Shown here piece by piece: positions 9,793-20,020 of a stretch of 64,000 nucleotides of DNA. Within the stretch, counting starts at the first letter, position 1. Each line of letters begins with the position of its first letter. The notes below the pieces were generated by a model that made no database searches, was not told where the DNA came from, and worked only from the letters and a program-made list of their open reading frames with translations. The stretch spans positions 2,176,001 to 2,240,000 of the forward strand of contig CAVTBU010000005.1 in NCBI GenBank assembly GCA_963733035.1, written 5' to 3'. This stretch comes from Pirellulales bacterium. GTDB lineage: Bacteria > Planctomycetota > Planctomycetia > Pirellulales > PALSA-1355. Made by a program: the position numbers and the translations under genes.

Positions 9793-10885
9793 ATGGACCG
9801 GGAATTGATTGATCGGGCGGAAGCGATTCGTCAGCGAGTTGTCCAACTGCGAGACTCTCTTTGACTACGCTGCCAAGCAGCAGGATACCCAGTCCATCGA
9901 AGCCAAGATGGCTCAGCCGGGATTCTGGGAAAATCAAGAAGTAGCCCAAGCCACGATCGCGGACCTGAAGTCGCTGGGGTCGATTCTCAAACCGCTCGAA
10001 GAAGCCATCGGCGCCGCCGATGACCTGGGGGCGTTGGTCGAAATGGCCGAAGAGGATCCTGCCCTTGTGGGCGAGGTCGCCGGCGAAGTCGATCGACTGG
10101 AAGCACTCGTCAATCAGCTTGAGCTCAAGGGTCTGCTTAACGGACCGTTCGATGCCAAAGGCGCGATCATGACGATCCACGCCCGCGACGGCGGCACCGA
10201 CGCCAACGACTGGGCCGAAATGCTTCTGCGGATGTACATTCACTGGGCGCAAAAGAATGAGTACGAGGTCGAAATCCTCGATCGGCAGGACGATATCGTC
10301 GCCGGCATTCAAAGCGCCGCTTTGGCAATTCGCGGACCGATGGCCTACGGCTATCTGAGGGGGGAGACCGGTATGCATCGACTGGTGCGCATCAGCCCTT
10401 TCAATGCCGAAGGCAAACGTCAGACCAGCTTCGCCGCTGTTGACGTGTCACCGGAGATCAGTGATTCAGTCGACATCGAACTTCGCGATGAAGATATTCG
10501 TGAAGATGTCTTTCGCGCCAGTGGCGCCGGCGGACAACACGTCAATAAGACTTCCAGTGCGATTCGACTGACACACATTCCAACCGGCATCGTCGTGCAG
10601 TGTCAGAACGAGCGTTCTCAGCACAAAAACCGGGCCACGGCGCTCAAAATGCTCCGTGCTCGATTGGCACGAGTTGAGGAAGAAAAACGCGAGGCCGAGC
10701 AGGCCGCCAAGTATCACGAGAAGGCCAAGACGGGCTTCGGATCGCAAATTCGCAATTACTTTCTGCACCCCGATCAGCGTGTTAAGGATGTGCGGACCGG
10801 CTACTACGTGGGCAACTTCCAGAGCGTGCTCGACGGCAATATTGACGGATTTCTAGACGCGTATCTTCGCTGGCGGGCGGCCTAA
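9793..10885 (+). CDS. prfB: Peptide chain release factor 2 with programmed +1 frameshift at CTT-TGA-C (9859-9865)
   Basis: 23-codon frame-0 ORF MDRELIDRAEAIRQRVVQLRDSL ends in CTT TGA C; +1 frame contains SPF and GGQ motifs. Confidence 0.97.
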
Positions 10886-10891
10886 CGGAAC

Positions 10892-11428
10892 ATGCAGAAT
10901 ACCAGTGCCCCCCCAGAGCAACTGATGGAAGCGGGCGATTTGCGCGTTCGCTTTTTCTGGCAATCCGATCGTTATGCTCATGAGATCTCGCGCCGCGCGA
11001 TGAACGTTTGGCACCCGGCGTGGATGTCGGTCGAAGGTTCGCCGGCCGACGATTGGCCCCCCAGCCCGCCGTTTCAGTCGCTCCATATCCAGCAGCGAGA
11101 CGATGGCCGGACGCTAGCCCTGTTGGTGGGCATGGCAGGCAAGAGCCATTGGTCGGCCAGCATCGAAATCGAAGCGGAATCCCCAAGTGTGCTGTTCGAC
11201 GTCGCTTGTCGTGTGCGCGATTGCGAGGCCGGACCACTGGGAAGCACCTATCGCGCGGCAAAAGGGGCCATCGGGGGCGATGTCGGTCTGGCGATCGAGC
11301 TTTCGCGCCGCTTTGGCCCGGCAACGCTGCAACATGCCGCCGGCCAAACCCGTGTCGTTGCCCAATCGTCGGCGGTCGCGGCACCCCAGACCGTTCGCTG
11401 GGACTATCGCCTGTGCCTTGACGAGTAG
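10892..11428 (+). CDS. Hypothetical protein
   Basis: ORF starts 6 nt after prfB; WPPSPPFQ and GKSHWSAS look like conserved segments. Confidence 0.7.
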   Translation: MQNTSAPPEQLMEAGDLRVRFFWQSDRYAHEISRRAMNVWHPAWMSVEGSPADDWPPSPPFQSLHIQQRDDGRTLALLVGMAGKSHWSASIEIEAESPSVLFDVACRVRDCEAGPLGSTYRAAKGAIGGDVGLAIELSRRFGPATLQHAAGQTRVVAQSSAVAAPQTVRWDYRLCLDE

Positions 11429-11470
11429 TCTCCGGCACGCGCGCCGTTGGTTGTTTCGGCGTTAACTTCG

Positions 11471-12208
11471 CTACTCAGATCCGGCGAGGCAAAGCTGCGC
11501 AAACCCACCCAGTACTCGGCGGCTGAAGGGGGCCATCGCGGCGAGCCCCGCGGGCGTGCCATCACGAATTCTGGCCGGGTCGATGTAGGGAGCCTCGGCA
11601 AGTTCGACGCACATGCTCGGGGCAGCAAGCCAGGTCTCGACCATCTCTGCGGTCATTTCCAGGTGAAATTGGAGCCCGTAGGCACTGGGCCCGTGGCGAA
11701 ACGCCTGATGCCCGCAGGTCTGGCCGCGTGCGAGCCAAGTGGCCCCCTCCGGTAAATCGAAAGTGTCTCCGTGCCATTGGAAGACGGTTTCTCGCGGCGG
11801 GCCGCCGCCGAAGAGGGGATCATCGCCGGCGCCGGGCATTCGTTCGACTTCGTACCAGCCAATTTCCTTGACGCGATTCGCGTACACCGGACTGCCCAGC
11901 GACTTGGCCAGGAGCTGAGCGCCCAGGCAAATACCGAGCGTGGGTAGCTCGGCACTGGTGGCAGCCCGTAGCCAGTCGACCTCGGCAGCCAAATAGCGAT
12001 ACTCGTCCGTCTGATCGACGTTCATCGGCCCGCCCATCACGACCAGGCCTGACCAGTCGGTGGGACGAAATCCGACGCGGTCCAGGTTGATCCACTGGCC
12101 GGCAAAGCAGTCGACGATTTCGAGCTTGAGCCCAGCCGTGCGCAGCGTCAACTCGAGATTGCCGAGCGCCTCGTGGGCAGCATGGCGAACGACCAGCACG
12201 CGCTGCAT
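11471..12208 (-). CDS. Class I glutamine amidotransferase (GMP-synthase-like)
   Basis: MGGPM, LGICLGAQL, QWHGD, QFHLE catalytic triad. Confidence 0.92.
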   Translation of the reverse strand: MQRVLVVRHAAHEALGNLELTLRTAGLKLEIVDCFAGQWINLDRVGFRPTDWSGLVVMGGPMNVDQTDEYRYLAAEVDWLRAATSAELPTLGICLGAQLLAKSLGSPVYANRVKEIGWYEVERMPGAGDDPLFGGGPPRETVFQWHGDTFDLPEGATWLARGQTCGHQAFRHGPSAYGLQFHLEMTAEMVETWLAAPSMCVELAEAPYIDPARIRDGTPAGLAAMAPFSRRVLGGFAQLCLAGSE

Positions 12209-12417
12209 GGAAAGAGACTCTTAAGTGAGAGCCGGCGGAAGCAACGACATTGTACTCACGGCCGGCGTGCATCGCCAAGCGTGGCGCGATTGCCACCGGT
12301 AAGCTGCGCTGGTGTTTTCGCGGGTCGTTTGTTAACTTGACCCAGCGGATACCGATGACCCGCTTGACACGCCAGAAGCGGGGGCGCGGGGACTAGAAAT
12401 CAGCCGTGGGAGGCATT

Positions 12418-12864
12418 GTGAAGGCCGACGCAAAACTGACCAAGCCAGCTCGCGATCAAATACCCGAGGGCGAAGTGCTGTGCGCTTATTGCACGGCGAA
12501 GTGTTGTCGTTATTTCGCCCTCCCGATCGACCAGCCCGACTCGTTCGAAGACTGGGAATACGTCCGCTGGTACCTGCTGCATCAGGGAGCGACCGTATTC
12601 AAGGAAGACGATACCTGGTATCTGCTGGTGCACGCGGTTTGCAATCATTTGCAGCCCGATCAACGCTGCGGAATCTACGAAACCCGTCCGCAGATTTGTC
12701 GGGACTACTCGACCAGCGAATGCGAATACGAGGACGACTGGTTGTACGAGCAATACATCGAGACCGCCCAGCAGGCGGCCGAGTACGCCGAGGCCATTCT
12801 GCCGAAAAAGAAGGGGGAGAGCATTCGTAGCCCGAAACCGCCGATGCTACCGATCCTGCATTGA
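12418..12864 (+). CDS. YkgJ-family cysteine-cluster (Zn/Fe-chelating) protein
   Basis: CAYCTAKCC...C...CGIYETRPQICR; GGAGG SD upstream. Confidence 0.88.
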   Translation: MKADAKLTKPARDQIPEGEVLCAYCTAKCCRYFALPIDQPDSFEDWEYVRWYLLHQGATVFKEDDTWYLLVHAVCNHLQPDQRCGIYETRPQICRDYSTSECEYEDDWLYEQYIETAQQAAEYAEAILPKKKGESIRSPKPPMLPILH

Positions 12865-12955
12865 GTCGGCGCTGTTCATTCCCTTGCATCGGTCCGGATG
12901 GCGATGCATTTCCAACGCGAAATCGCCGGGCCAACCCGGTCAGGCTGCAATCCAC

Positions 12956-14293
12956 GTGAACGACGTTCAACGCATCGAGCCGCGCACGCTGAAGGGCTTT
13001 CGAGACTATTTGCCCGAGACGATGATTCCGCGCGAATGGATCATCGACACCGCGCGGCGGGTCTATCGCTCCTACGGGTTTGCCCCCATCGATACGCCGG
13101 CGCTCGAGTATCTCGATATTCTGACTGGGAAGGGAAGTGAGGAAACCGACAAACAGCTCTATAAGTTTCAGGACCACGGCCAGCGCTGGGTCGGCATGCG
13201 GTTCGATTTGACGGTGCCGCTGGCGCGGTTCGCGGCCCAGCACATCGGACAACTGGGCACTCCCTTCAAGCGCTATCACATCGCCACGGTGTGGCGCGGC
13301 GAGAACACGCAACGCGGCCGCTATCGCGAGTTCATGCAGTGCGACTTCGACACCATCGGCACGCTGGCCCTCTCGGCGGACGTCGAGACGGCGCTTGTGA
13401 TCCACGATCTGTTCCAGTCCCTGGGAATTCGCGATTTCGCGATCCGCGTCAACAACCGCCAGGTGCTTACCGGTTTGCTCCAGCGGTTCGATTTGTCGAG
13501 CCAGGCAACCGCCATGTTGCGAGCGCTCGACAAGCTTGACAAGGTCGGCCGCGAAAAGGTGGCGGCCGAGATGGAAGCCACGGCAGGCGCAACGCCCCAG
13601 CAGGCCGACCAGGTATTGCAGCTGGCGGAAATCGAGGGGGCCAACGACGAGATTCTGCAATCGCTCGAACAATTGGCGAGGGGAAGCGAGACCGCGCAAG
13701 CGGGAGTTGCCCGCCTGGCCGAATTGGTTTCCGCCGTCACGGCCGCCGGTGTTTCGCCCCAGCGGATTCGGATCACGCCGTCGATCGCCCGCGGCCTGGA
13801 CTACTACACCGGCACGGTGTTCGAAACGTTTCTGGACGATCTGCCCGGCATCGGCAGCGTTTGTTCCGGAGGCCGCTACGACAATCTGGCGGGGCTGTAC
13901 ACCAAGGAGCAGCTGCCGGGCATCGGAGCGTCGCTGGGGCTCGATCGCCTGTTGGCGGCACTGGAAGAATTGGGCAAGGTGGCCAAGGTAAGCACACCGG
14001 CACCTGTATTTTTGGCGTATTTCGATGCCGGCAGGCTGCACGACTACCTACGATTGGCGGCCGCCATTCGCGCCGCGGGCGTTGGCGTTGAGTTCTATCC
14101 CGAGCCGAAGAAACTGGGGGCTCAACTCAAGTACGCCGACCGCCGCGGCTTCCGATTTGCTATCGTGGCTGGCGAAAACGAATGGTCCTCCGGGACTTGC
14201 CAAATCAAGGACCTGCAAAGCGGCTCGAGCCAATCCGTCACCCTGTCGGAAGTGCCCGAAACACTCCTGTCACTGCTGTCACGAACGGAGTAG
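12956..14293 (+). CDS. hisS: Histidine--tRNA ligase
   Basis: RFDLTVPLAR, RGRYREFMQCDFD, RGLDYYTG, GGRYD. Confidence 0.97.
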   Translation: MNDVQRIEPRTLKGFRDYLPETMIPREWIIDTARRVYRSYGFAPIDTPALEYLDILTGKGSEETDKQLYKFQDHGQRWVGMRFDLTVPLARFAAQHIGQLGTPFKRYHIATVWRGENTQRGRYREFMQCDFDTIGTLALSADVETALVIHDLFQSLGIRDFAIRVNNRQVLTGLLQRFDLSSQATAMLRALDKLDKVGREKVAAEMEATAGATPQQADQVLQLAEIEGANDEILQSLEQLARGSETAQAGVARLAELVSAVTAAGVSPQRIRITPSIARGLDYYTGTVFETFLDDLPGIGSVCSGGRYDNLAGLYTKEQLPGIGASLGLDRLLAALEELGKVAKVSTPAPVFLAYFDAGRLHDYLRLAAAIRAAGVGVEFYPEPKKLGAQLKYADRRGFRFAIVAGENEWSSGTCQIKDLQSGSSQSVTLSEVPETLLSLLSRTE

Positions 14294-14436
14294 CCGGCGC
14301 GCTGGCGTTGCTTTACTTCCGCACAAAACCTGCAACAATGGCACTAGCCATCTTAGGGGGTGCGATCGATCCCTCGGTGTCGTCACCGGAACGTTCGCAC
14401 GACCTTTCCGACATTCAAAGGCACTGCGGACTTGCC

Positions 14437-14964
14437 GTGGCCAAGCGCGACAACCACTACGAAGCAGCGTTCGAAGCCTGGCTCCGCGAGCGGCGGCTGC
14501 CGTATGTTGCGGTGGACGAGGCGCGGCGAAGTCGGTTCCCGGGAGGCTCGATCAAGAGTCTCGATTTCATCGTCTCGCCCTGTGACGGCTTCTCCTGGCT
14601 GGTCGACGTCAAGGGGCGCCGCTTTCCCTCGGCTGGCGGCAAGCAATACTGGAAAAACTGGTCGACGCACGACGATTTGGTGAGCCTGGCACGCTGGGAA
14701 CGCTGGTTCGGTGAGCGATTTGGCGGCCTGTTTGTGTTCGCTTATAATGTGGTGGGAGATCGTTCGCCGCTCCCCGCCGACCGATTGTTCGAGTTCCGTG
14801 GCGGACTTTATGCCTTCGTGGGCATTCGGGTTCGAGATTACGCAATGCACGCCCGGCGGATTTCATCCCGTTGGAATACGCTGGCAATCTCGGCTCGTCA
14901 GTTTCGACATCTAGCGGCGGCGGCGGAAGACTTTTTTCAAATCGAGAAGGTGGCAACCGCATGA
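14437..14964 (+). CDS. HYExAFE-family protein (PD-(D/E)xK-like motif)
   Basis: N-terminal NHYEAAFE motif; SLDFIV...LVDVKGR. Confidence 0.85.
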   Translation: MAKRDNHYEAAFEAWLRERRLPYVAVDEARRSRFPGGSIKSLDFIVSPCDGFSWLVDVKGRRFPSAGGKQYWKNWSTHDDLVSLARWERWFGERFGGLFVFAYNVVGDRSPLPADRLFEFRGGLYAFVGIRVRDYAMHARRISSRWNTLAISARQFRHLAAAAEDFFQIEKVATA

Positions 14965-15230
14965 ATCGTTCGCAAGCTTTGCCGGCGCCCTGGTATCGTC
15001 GTTGGTCGCAGCGCATGGTGGTCGCAGCGTTAATTCTGAGCTGTTTGTCGTTCACACCCACGACGGCTCTCGCCGCGAAGAAGAAAAAAGAGGAAGCGCC
15101 TCCAACGAAGTCGTACGTGCTGCCGTACATGATTGTAATGATGATGGTGGGCGTGGGTTTGATGACCGTTTGCCGTCCCGGCAAACGACTCGAACGCGCC
15201 GACGGCAAGAAGGTGGAAGAGGGCGAATAG
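14961..15230 (+). CDS. Small membrane protein
   Basis: ATGA overlap with previous stop; signal peptide plus C-terminal TM (VLPYMIVMMMVGVGLMTVC). Confidence 0.7.
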   Translation: MNRSQALPAPWYRRWSQRMVVAALILSCLSFTPTTALAAKKKKEEAPPTKSYVLPYMIVMMMVGVGLMTVCRPGKRLERADGKKVEEGE

Positions 15231-15267
15231 CTTCCAACAAAATCACGCCGGACACGGCAAAACAGCA

Positions 15268-15306
15268 AGGGGCTCGGAATCGCATGGTTCCGAGCCCCTG
15301 CCTTTT
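15268..15306. terminator. Terminator hairpin between convergent genes
   Basis: AGGGGCTCGGAA/TTCCGAGCCCCT 12-bp stem followed by gcctttt. Confidence 0.7.
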
Positions 15307-15336
15307 AATCTCATCGTTGGATCCGCCAAGCGGCGT

Positions 15337-16530
15337 TTAGCGAACGCCCGTACCAAAGAATCCCGCAATTGCCCCAACCACGGTCCGCTGTTCGCGCGCC
15401 GTCAGTTCAGGAAAGATCGGCAGCGCCAGCGTCTCCTCGGCGGCTCGTTCGCTCTCGGGCAAGCTTCCCTCGGTGTAACCCAGATCCGCGAAGCAGTGTT
15501 GCCTATGAAGCGGAACCGGGTAATAGATCTCCGTTCCGATCTTCTGTGCCGTCAAATGGCTTCGGAGCGTATCGCGGCGGCCGTCCGGAATACGGATCAC
15601 ATATTGATTCCACACGTGTCGACAATTCTGCTTGGCAACCGGCAGCGTAACAACGCGATCGACTCCGAATTCGGCGAATAGCTCACCGTACCGGACAGCA
15701 TTGGCTTGCCGCGCCTCGGTCCAGGCATCGAGATGAGGCAGCTTGACGTTCAATACGGCGGCCTGCAGCGTATCCAAGCGGCTGTTGATGCCAACCACAT
15801 GGTGATAGTAGCGGGGCTGCATGCCATGAGCTCGCAACAGCCGCAGCCGATCGGCCAAACCAGCGGTCGTGGCGGTCAGCATGCCCCCGTCGCCAAATCC
15901 GCCGAGATTCTTAGTCGGGTAGAAGCTGAGGCAACCGATGGCTCCCAGACTGCCGGCCCGACGGCCGTTGAGTTCGGCACCGATCGCCTGGCAGGCGTCT
16001 TCTACGACGTACAAACCGTGCCGCCGAGCGATGGGCGCCAGAGCGTCCATGTCGGCACACTGACCAAATAAGTGAACGGGAATGATCGCTTTCGTTTGCG
16101 GCGTGATGAGCTTCTCGACCAACGCCGGATTGAGATTGAACGTGACCGGGTCGATGTCCACAAACACCGGCCGGGCACCAAGTCGCCAGGCAGCGCTAGC
16201 CGTCGCGAAAAACGTATAGCTGGGCATCAAAACTTCATCGCCTGGCCCCACATCGCAGGCCATCAATGCCAACAACAGGGCATCGCTTCCCGAAGCGCAT
16301 GCCACCGCGTGCGGTGCCTGGCAATAGGTGGCAAGATCGGCTTCCAGTTGCTCGCAATCGGGCCCCAACACGAACCGACCGCTCTGGCAAACCTGGGCGA
16401 TCGCCGCGCCGATTTCCGACTGGAGCGTCTGATACTGCCGACCAATGTCGAGCAACGGGACGCCCACCGGCACACCCGTGACCGAAACCGTGCTAGCGGC
16501 CAGTGAATGCTGGGAGGGAGCGACGCTCAT
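15337..16530 (-). CDS. DegT/DnrJ/EryC1/StrS PLP-dependent aminotransferase
   Basis: SGSDAL, EDACQAIG, SFYPTKNLGGFGDGG, NSRLD. Confidence 0.95.
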   Translation of the reverse strand: MSVAPSQHSLAASTVSVTGVPVGVPLLDIGRQYQTLQSEIGAAIAQVCQSGRFVLGPDCEQLEADLATYCQAPHAVACASGSDALLLALMACDVGPGDEVLMPSYTFFATASAAWRLGARPVFVDIDPVTFNLNPALVEKLITPQTKAIIPVHLFGQCADMDALAPIARRHGLYVVEDACQAIGAELNGRRAGSLGAIGCLSFYPTKNLGGFGDGGMLTATTAGLADRLRLLRAHGMQPRYYHHVVGINSRLDTLQAAVLNVKLPHLDAWTEARQANAVRYGELFAEFGVDRVVTLPVAKQNCRHVWNQYVIRIPDGRRDTLRSHLTAQKIGTEIYYPVPLHRQHCFADLGYTEGSLPESERAAEETLALPIFPELTAREQRTVVGAIAGFFGTGVR

Positions 16531-16787
16531 GACGGATTACCCCTTGGCGATGAGTTGGATTTGCGAGGATCGGGTTCGCCCTGCACGCCTAGCGTTCCGC
16601 CGGCTCGGCAGACAAGGGCCGCAAACGGTACCGAAAGCGGAGCCTGCGAGTCAAGGTCGACAAACCGGCGATCACGGCAGCAGGCAGCTGCGCGGAGCTC
16701 ACAGTCAAACCGAGCTTACGCCGACTGGCCAGCTAGCCTATCCTGCAGGACTGTTGAACTGTTTGCCTATCGACCTTTGTGCGCCCC

Positions 16788-18128
16788 ATGGCTGCGAGCG
16801 AACGCGTTTCCAGTTTAAGGTTCATGCTGCGGGCCCTCCGCTACCACAACTATCGATTGTTCTTCGGTGGGCAAATCGTCTCGTTGGTGGGCACCTGGCT
16901 GAGCATGGTTGCCAGCAGTTGGTTGGTCTATCGACTTTCCAGTGAACAAGGCTACCCGACGGCCCTCATCCTGGGTCTCGTCGGCTTTGCCGGACAATTC
17001 CCCGTTTTTCTACTCACGCCCGTAGCGGGCGTGTGGATCGACCGCTGGAACCGGCACGGCATTTTGGTTGCTACGCAAAGCCTGTCGATGTTGCAATCGT
17101 TTGTGTTGGCCGCGCTCACACTGGGTGGCTGGATCACCATCTGGCAAGTCGTGGCGCTGGCAGTTGTACAGGGATTAATCAACGCGATTGACGTTCCCGC
17201 CCGACAGGCATTCGTCGTCGAGATGGTGGAGAATCGCGAGGATCTGAGCAACGCCATCGCGCTGAATTCGTCGATGGTGCACAGCGCGCGGCTCATTGGT
17301 CCGGCATTGGCCGGTTACCTGATCTATCGCGTCGGCGAGGGGTACTGTTTTCTTGTAGACGGTTTCAGCTACTCGGCCGTGATCGTCGCACTCTTGTGCA
17401 TGAAGCTCAGCCACGCCGCGCGGCATGCGCCACCCACGCGCGCGTTCGATGCTTTCAAGGAAGGGCTGCGATATGCGTTTCAGTTTGCGCCGATTCGGAC
17501 GCTGCTCGTGATGGTGGCCATCACAAGCCTGTCAGCCATCTCACAATCCACGTTGATGCCAATCTTCGCCGACACGATTCTGGGCGGCGGTGAGCGCACA
17601 CTCGGATGGCTGTTAGGAGCATCAGGCTTGGGTGCGCTAGGAGGCAGCTTGTACCTGGCGGCGCGGCGAAGCGTTCTCGGTCTGGGACGCGTCATCGCCC
17701 TGGCCTCGGCGACAGTCGGCGTGATGCTGATTCTGTTTTCAATGTCGCGATCATTCCCTCTGTCGCTGGCGCTGCTAGTTGTTTGCGGGTTCGCGCTAGT
17801 CACGCAGATGGCTGCTTCGAACACGATCTTGCAAACTCTGGTCGACGACGATAAACGTGGCCGCGTGATGGCCCTGTTTTCCATGGCCTTTCTGGGAGTC
17901 GCGCCGTTGGGCAGTTTGCTGTCGGGTGGAATTGCCACCCTCTTCGGAGCCCAAGTTTCGCTCGCGATTTCAGGCGGCGTGTGCCTGATCGTCGCCGCGG
18001 CATTCATCCGGCACCTACCGAACTTGCGGGCCTTGATCCGTCCCATCTACAGAGCAAAGGGAATTCTGCCCGAAATCGCCGCCGGAATGGAAGCGACCGA
18101 AACGATCGTCCCCACGACCCCGGAATAG
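16788..18128 (+). CDS. MFS transporter
   Basis: About 12 hydrophobic segments; GVWIDRWNR motif A; DDKRGRVM. Confidence 0.92.
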   Translation: MAASERVSSLRFMLRALRYHNYRLFFGGQIVSLVGTWLSMVASSWLVYRLSSEQGYPTALILGLVGFAGQFPVFLLTPVAGVWIDRWNRHGILVATQSLSMLQSFVLAALTLGGWITIWQVVALAVVQGLINAIDVPARQAFVVEMVENREDLSNAIALNSSMVHSARLIGPALAGYLIYRVGEGYCFLVDGFSYSAVIVALLCMKLSHAARHAPPTRAFDAFKEGLRYAFQFAPIRTLLVMVAITSLSAISQSTLMPIFADTILGGGERTLGWLLGASGLGALGGSLYLAARRSVLGLGRVIALASATVGVMLILFSMSRSFPLSLALLVVCGFALVTQMAASNTILQTLVDDDKRGRVMALFSMAFLGVAPLGSLLSGGIATLFGAQVSLAISGGVCLIVAAAFIRHLPNLRALIRPIYRAKGILPEIAAGMEATETIVPTTPE

Positions 18129-18198
18129 CTCGTGCGAGGTTTAACCGTTGGATTTAAAATGGAATCGGCGTCCCGATTCGTGAGAGGGTTTCAGAGAC

Positions 18199-18609
18199 AT
18201 GAACAACGATCTGCAAGACCGCCGTGGCTCGTTCCTGCATTTGCTTGCCGTGGGCGCGGCGCTCGCCGCACTGATTGCCGTGGTACTCGTAATCCAAACT
18301 ACGAGCGGGTGGAAAACTGCCGTGCCGTTGAAACCGAGCGATTCGCTCTCGTTGTGGCGTGCATCCAGCGAGGACGAGAAACGCGTTACGGCCGAAGTGA
18401 TTGTGGACGAACTTCGAGCGGCACACGTGCTCGGCCCGCAGACCTCCGCGAAGCTCGACCAGCCTGGTGGGAAGAAAGAACTCGTCGACGCACTCATTTT
18501 AAAACTTGATGAGGCCACGAATCCTGATGTCACAGCGTATGTCTCCCCCGGCGACACGATGATCAAGACCGCAGAAGAAGTAGCTCCCCAAGAAGGCTGG
18601 GACCAATAG
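18199..18609 (+). CDS. Hypothetical protein with N-terminal membrane anchor
   Basis: ORF fills the intergenic gap; single hydrophobic segment. Confidence 0.65.
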   Translation: MNNDLQDRRGSFLHLLAVGAALAALIAVVLVIQTTSGWKTAVPLKPSDSLSLWRASSEDEKRVTAEVIVDELRAAHVLGPQTSAKLDQPGGKKELVDALILKLDEATNPDVTAYVSPGDTMIKTAEEVAPQEGWDQ

Positions 18610-18656
18610 TGCGTCTCCCCGACCCGCGGGCCGATGGCAATCGAAGTTGATGTCGA

Positions 18657-18685
18657 TTGACGCAATATTTGGCCTGCGCTAAAAT
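18657..18685 (+). promoter_or_regulatory. Sigma70 promoter of the liv operon
   Basis: TTGACG-N17-TAAAAT. Confidence 0.7.
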
Positions 18686-18745
18686 CGCTTGGCGGCGGAC
18701 GTTAACCCTGATACTCACACGACTTGCTCACGACGCCGCACACTG

Positions 18746-19960
18746 ATGGCCCGCTTCCTGCCACCGCTGCTGCTCATCGCCCTGCTGGTGGTCACCATGA
18801 TCGTGGGGCTGGCCGGTTCGGGTGGCGGTAATCCGCACGTCATCAAGATTGTTTCCAGCCTTCCGCGCACCGGCAGCGCGAAGGCGCAGACCGACACGAT
18901 CGTCGGCGGAATCAAGATTGCCCTGGCCGAGGCCAACTACAAGGCCGGCGAGTTCGACATCGAGTTTGCTGACTGGGACGATGCCACGGCCGGAGCCGGC
19001 CAGTGGACTGCCGAAGCCGAAACCGCCAACGCCAACCGCGCGGTGAGCGACCCGGACGTGATGATTTACATGGGAACCTACAATTCCGGCGCGGCCAAGA
19101 TATCCATGCCCATCCTGAACAAGGCCGGTCTGCTGATGATTAGTCCGGCCAACACGTGGCCCGGCCTTACGAAGCCGGGCATGGGAGACCCGGGCGAACC
19201 GGACATCTACCGCCCCAGCGGCAAGGTGAGCTACCTGCGGCTCGTGCCGACCGACGATTTGCAGGGCCCGCTGGGGGCCGTTTGGGCCAAGGAGCTTGGC
19301 GTTGGCCGCGTCTATGTCCTCGATGACAACGAGGTCTATGGCAAGGGCATTGCCACGCTCTTCATCGATGCCTGCCAGGATCTGGGTATTGAAGTTCTCG
19401 GGCACGAAAGCATCGATGTTAAGGCCCAGGAGTTCAAACCGCTGATGGCCACGATCAAGGGCCTCGACCCGGACCTGGTTTATTTTGGCGGAACGACACA
19501 GAGCAAAGGAGGACAAATCGCCAAGGACATGGTCGCCGCCGGACTCGACTGCAAGCTGATGGTTCCCGACGCGTGCTATGAGGAGGCGTTTATCGAGTCG
19601 GCAGGGCCCGAGAACGTCAATGACCGCGTGTACGTCACTTTTGGCGGTCTGCCGCCGGAACAACTGACCGGGCCGGGCAAGGCGTTTGTCGACAACTATC
19701 AAAAGCGGTTTGGCAAGTTGCCAGAGGGCTACGCGATTTACGGTTACGAGGCAGCCAAGGCGGCACTCGAGGCAGTTCGTCTGGCGGGTATCAAGGACCG
19801 CGAGGCGATTCGGCAGGCGGCGCTAAGCATTCACAACTTTGACCGAGGCGCGTTGGGCACCTGGTCGTTCGACGAAAATGGTGACACCACGTTGACCACG
19901 ATCAGCGGCATTCGCATTCACAACGGAAAGTTCGAGTTTGTCAAAATCCTTGGCCAATAG
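18746..19960 (+). CDS. Branched-chain amino acid ABC transporter substrate-binding protein (LivJ/LivK family)
   Basis: GTYNSG, ISPANTWPGLT, YGKGIA, YGYEAA; first gene of the liv operon. Confidence 0.93.
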   Translation: MARFLPPLLLIALLVVTMIVGLAGSGGGNPHVIKIVSSLPRTGSAKAQTDTIVGGIKIALAEANYKAGEFDIEFADWDDATAGAGQWTAEAETANANRAVSDPDVMIYMGTYNSGAAKISMPILNKAGLLMISPANTWPGLTKPGMGDPGEPDIYRPSGKVSYLRLVPTDDLQGPLGAVWAKELGVGRVYVLDDNEVYGKGIATLFIDACQDLGIEVLGHESIDVKAQEFKPLMATIKGLDPDLVYFGGTTQSKGGQIAKDMVAAGLDCKLMVPDACYEEAFIESAGPENVNDRVYVTFGGLPPEQLTGPGKAFVDNYQKRFGKLPEGYAIYGYEAAKAALEAVRLAGIKDREAIRQAALSIHNFDRGALGTWSFDENGDTTLTTISGIRIHNGKFEFVKILGQ

Positions 19961-20020
19961 TTCCTGCCCTCCAGGATCACGTGCGGCGTTGGGTATCCAC
20001 CGGGCCGGAGGATGCGCGCC

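Noticed and set aside
12599..14041. Long antisense ORFs (also 31757-32929, 37301-38719, 50238-51509 and others)
   Set aside because: Shadow frames opposite well-supported genes, common in GC-rich DNA.
14352..14400. TAGGGGTGC resembling the start of a TPP riboswitch
   Set aside because: No CTGAGA or downstream TPP core motifs.
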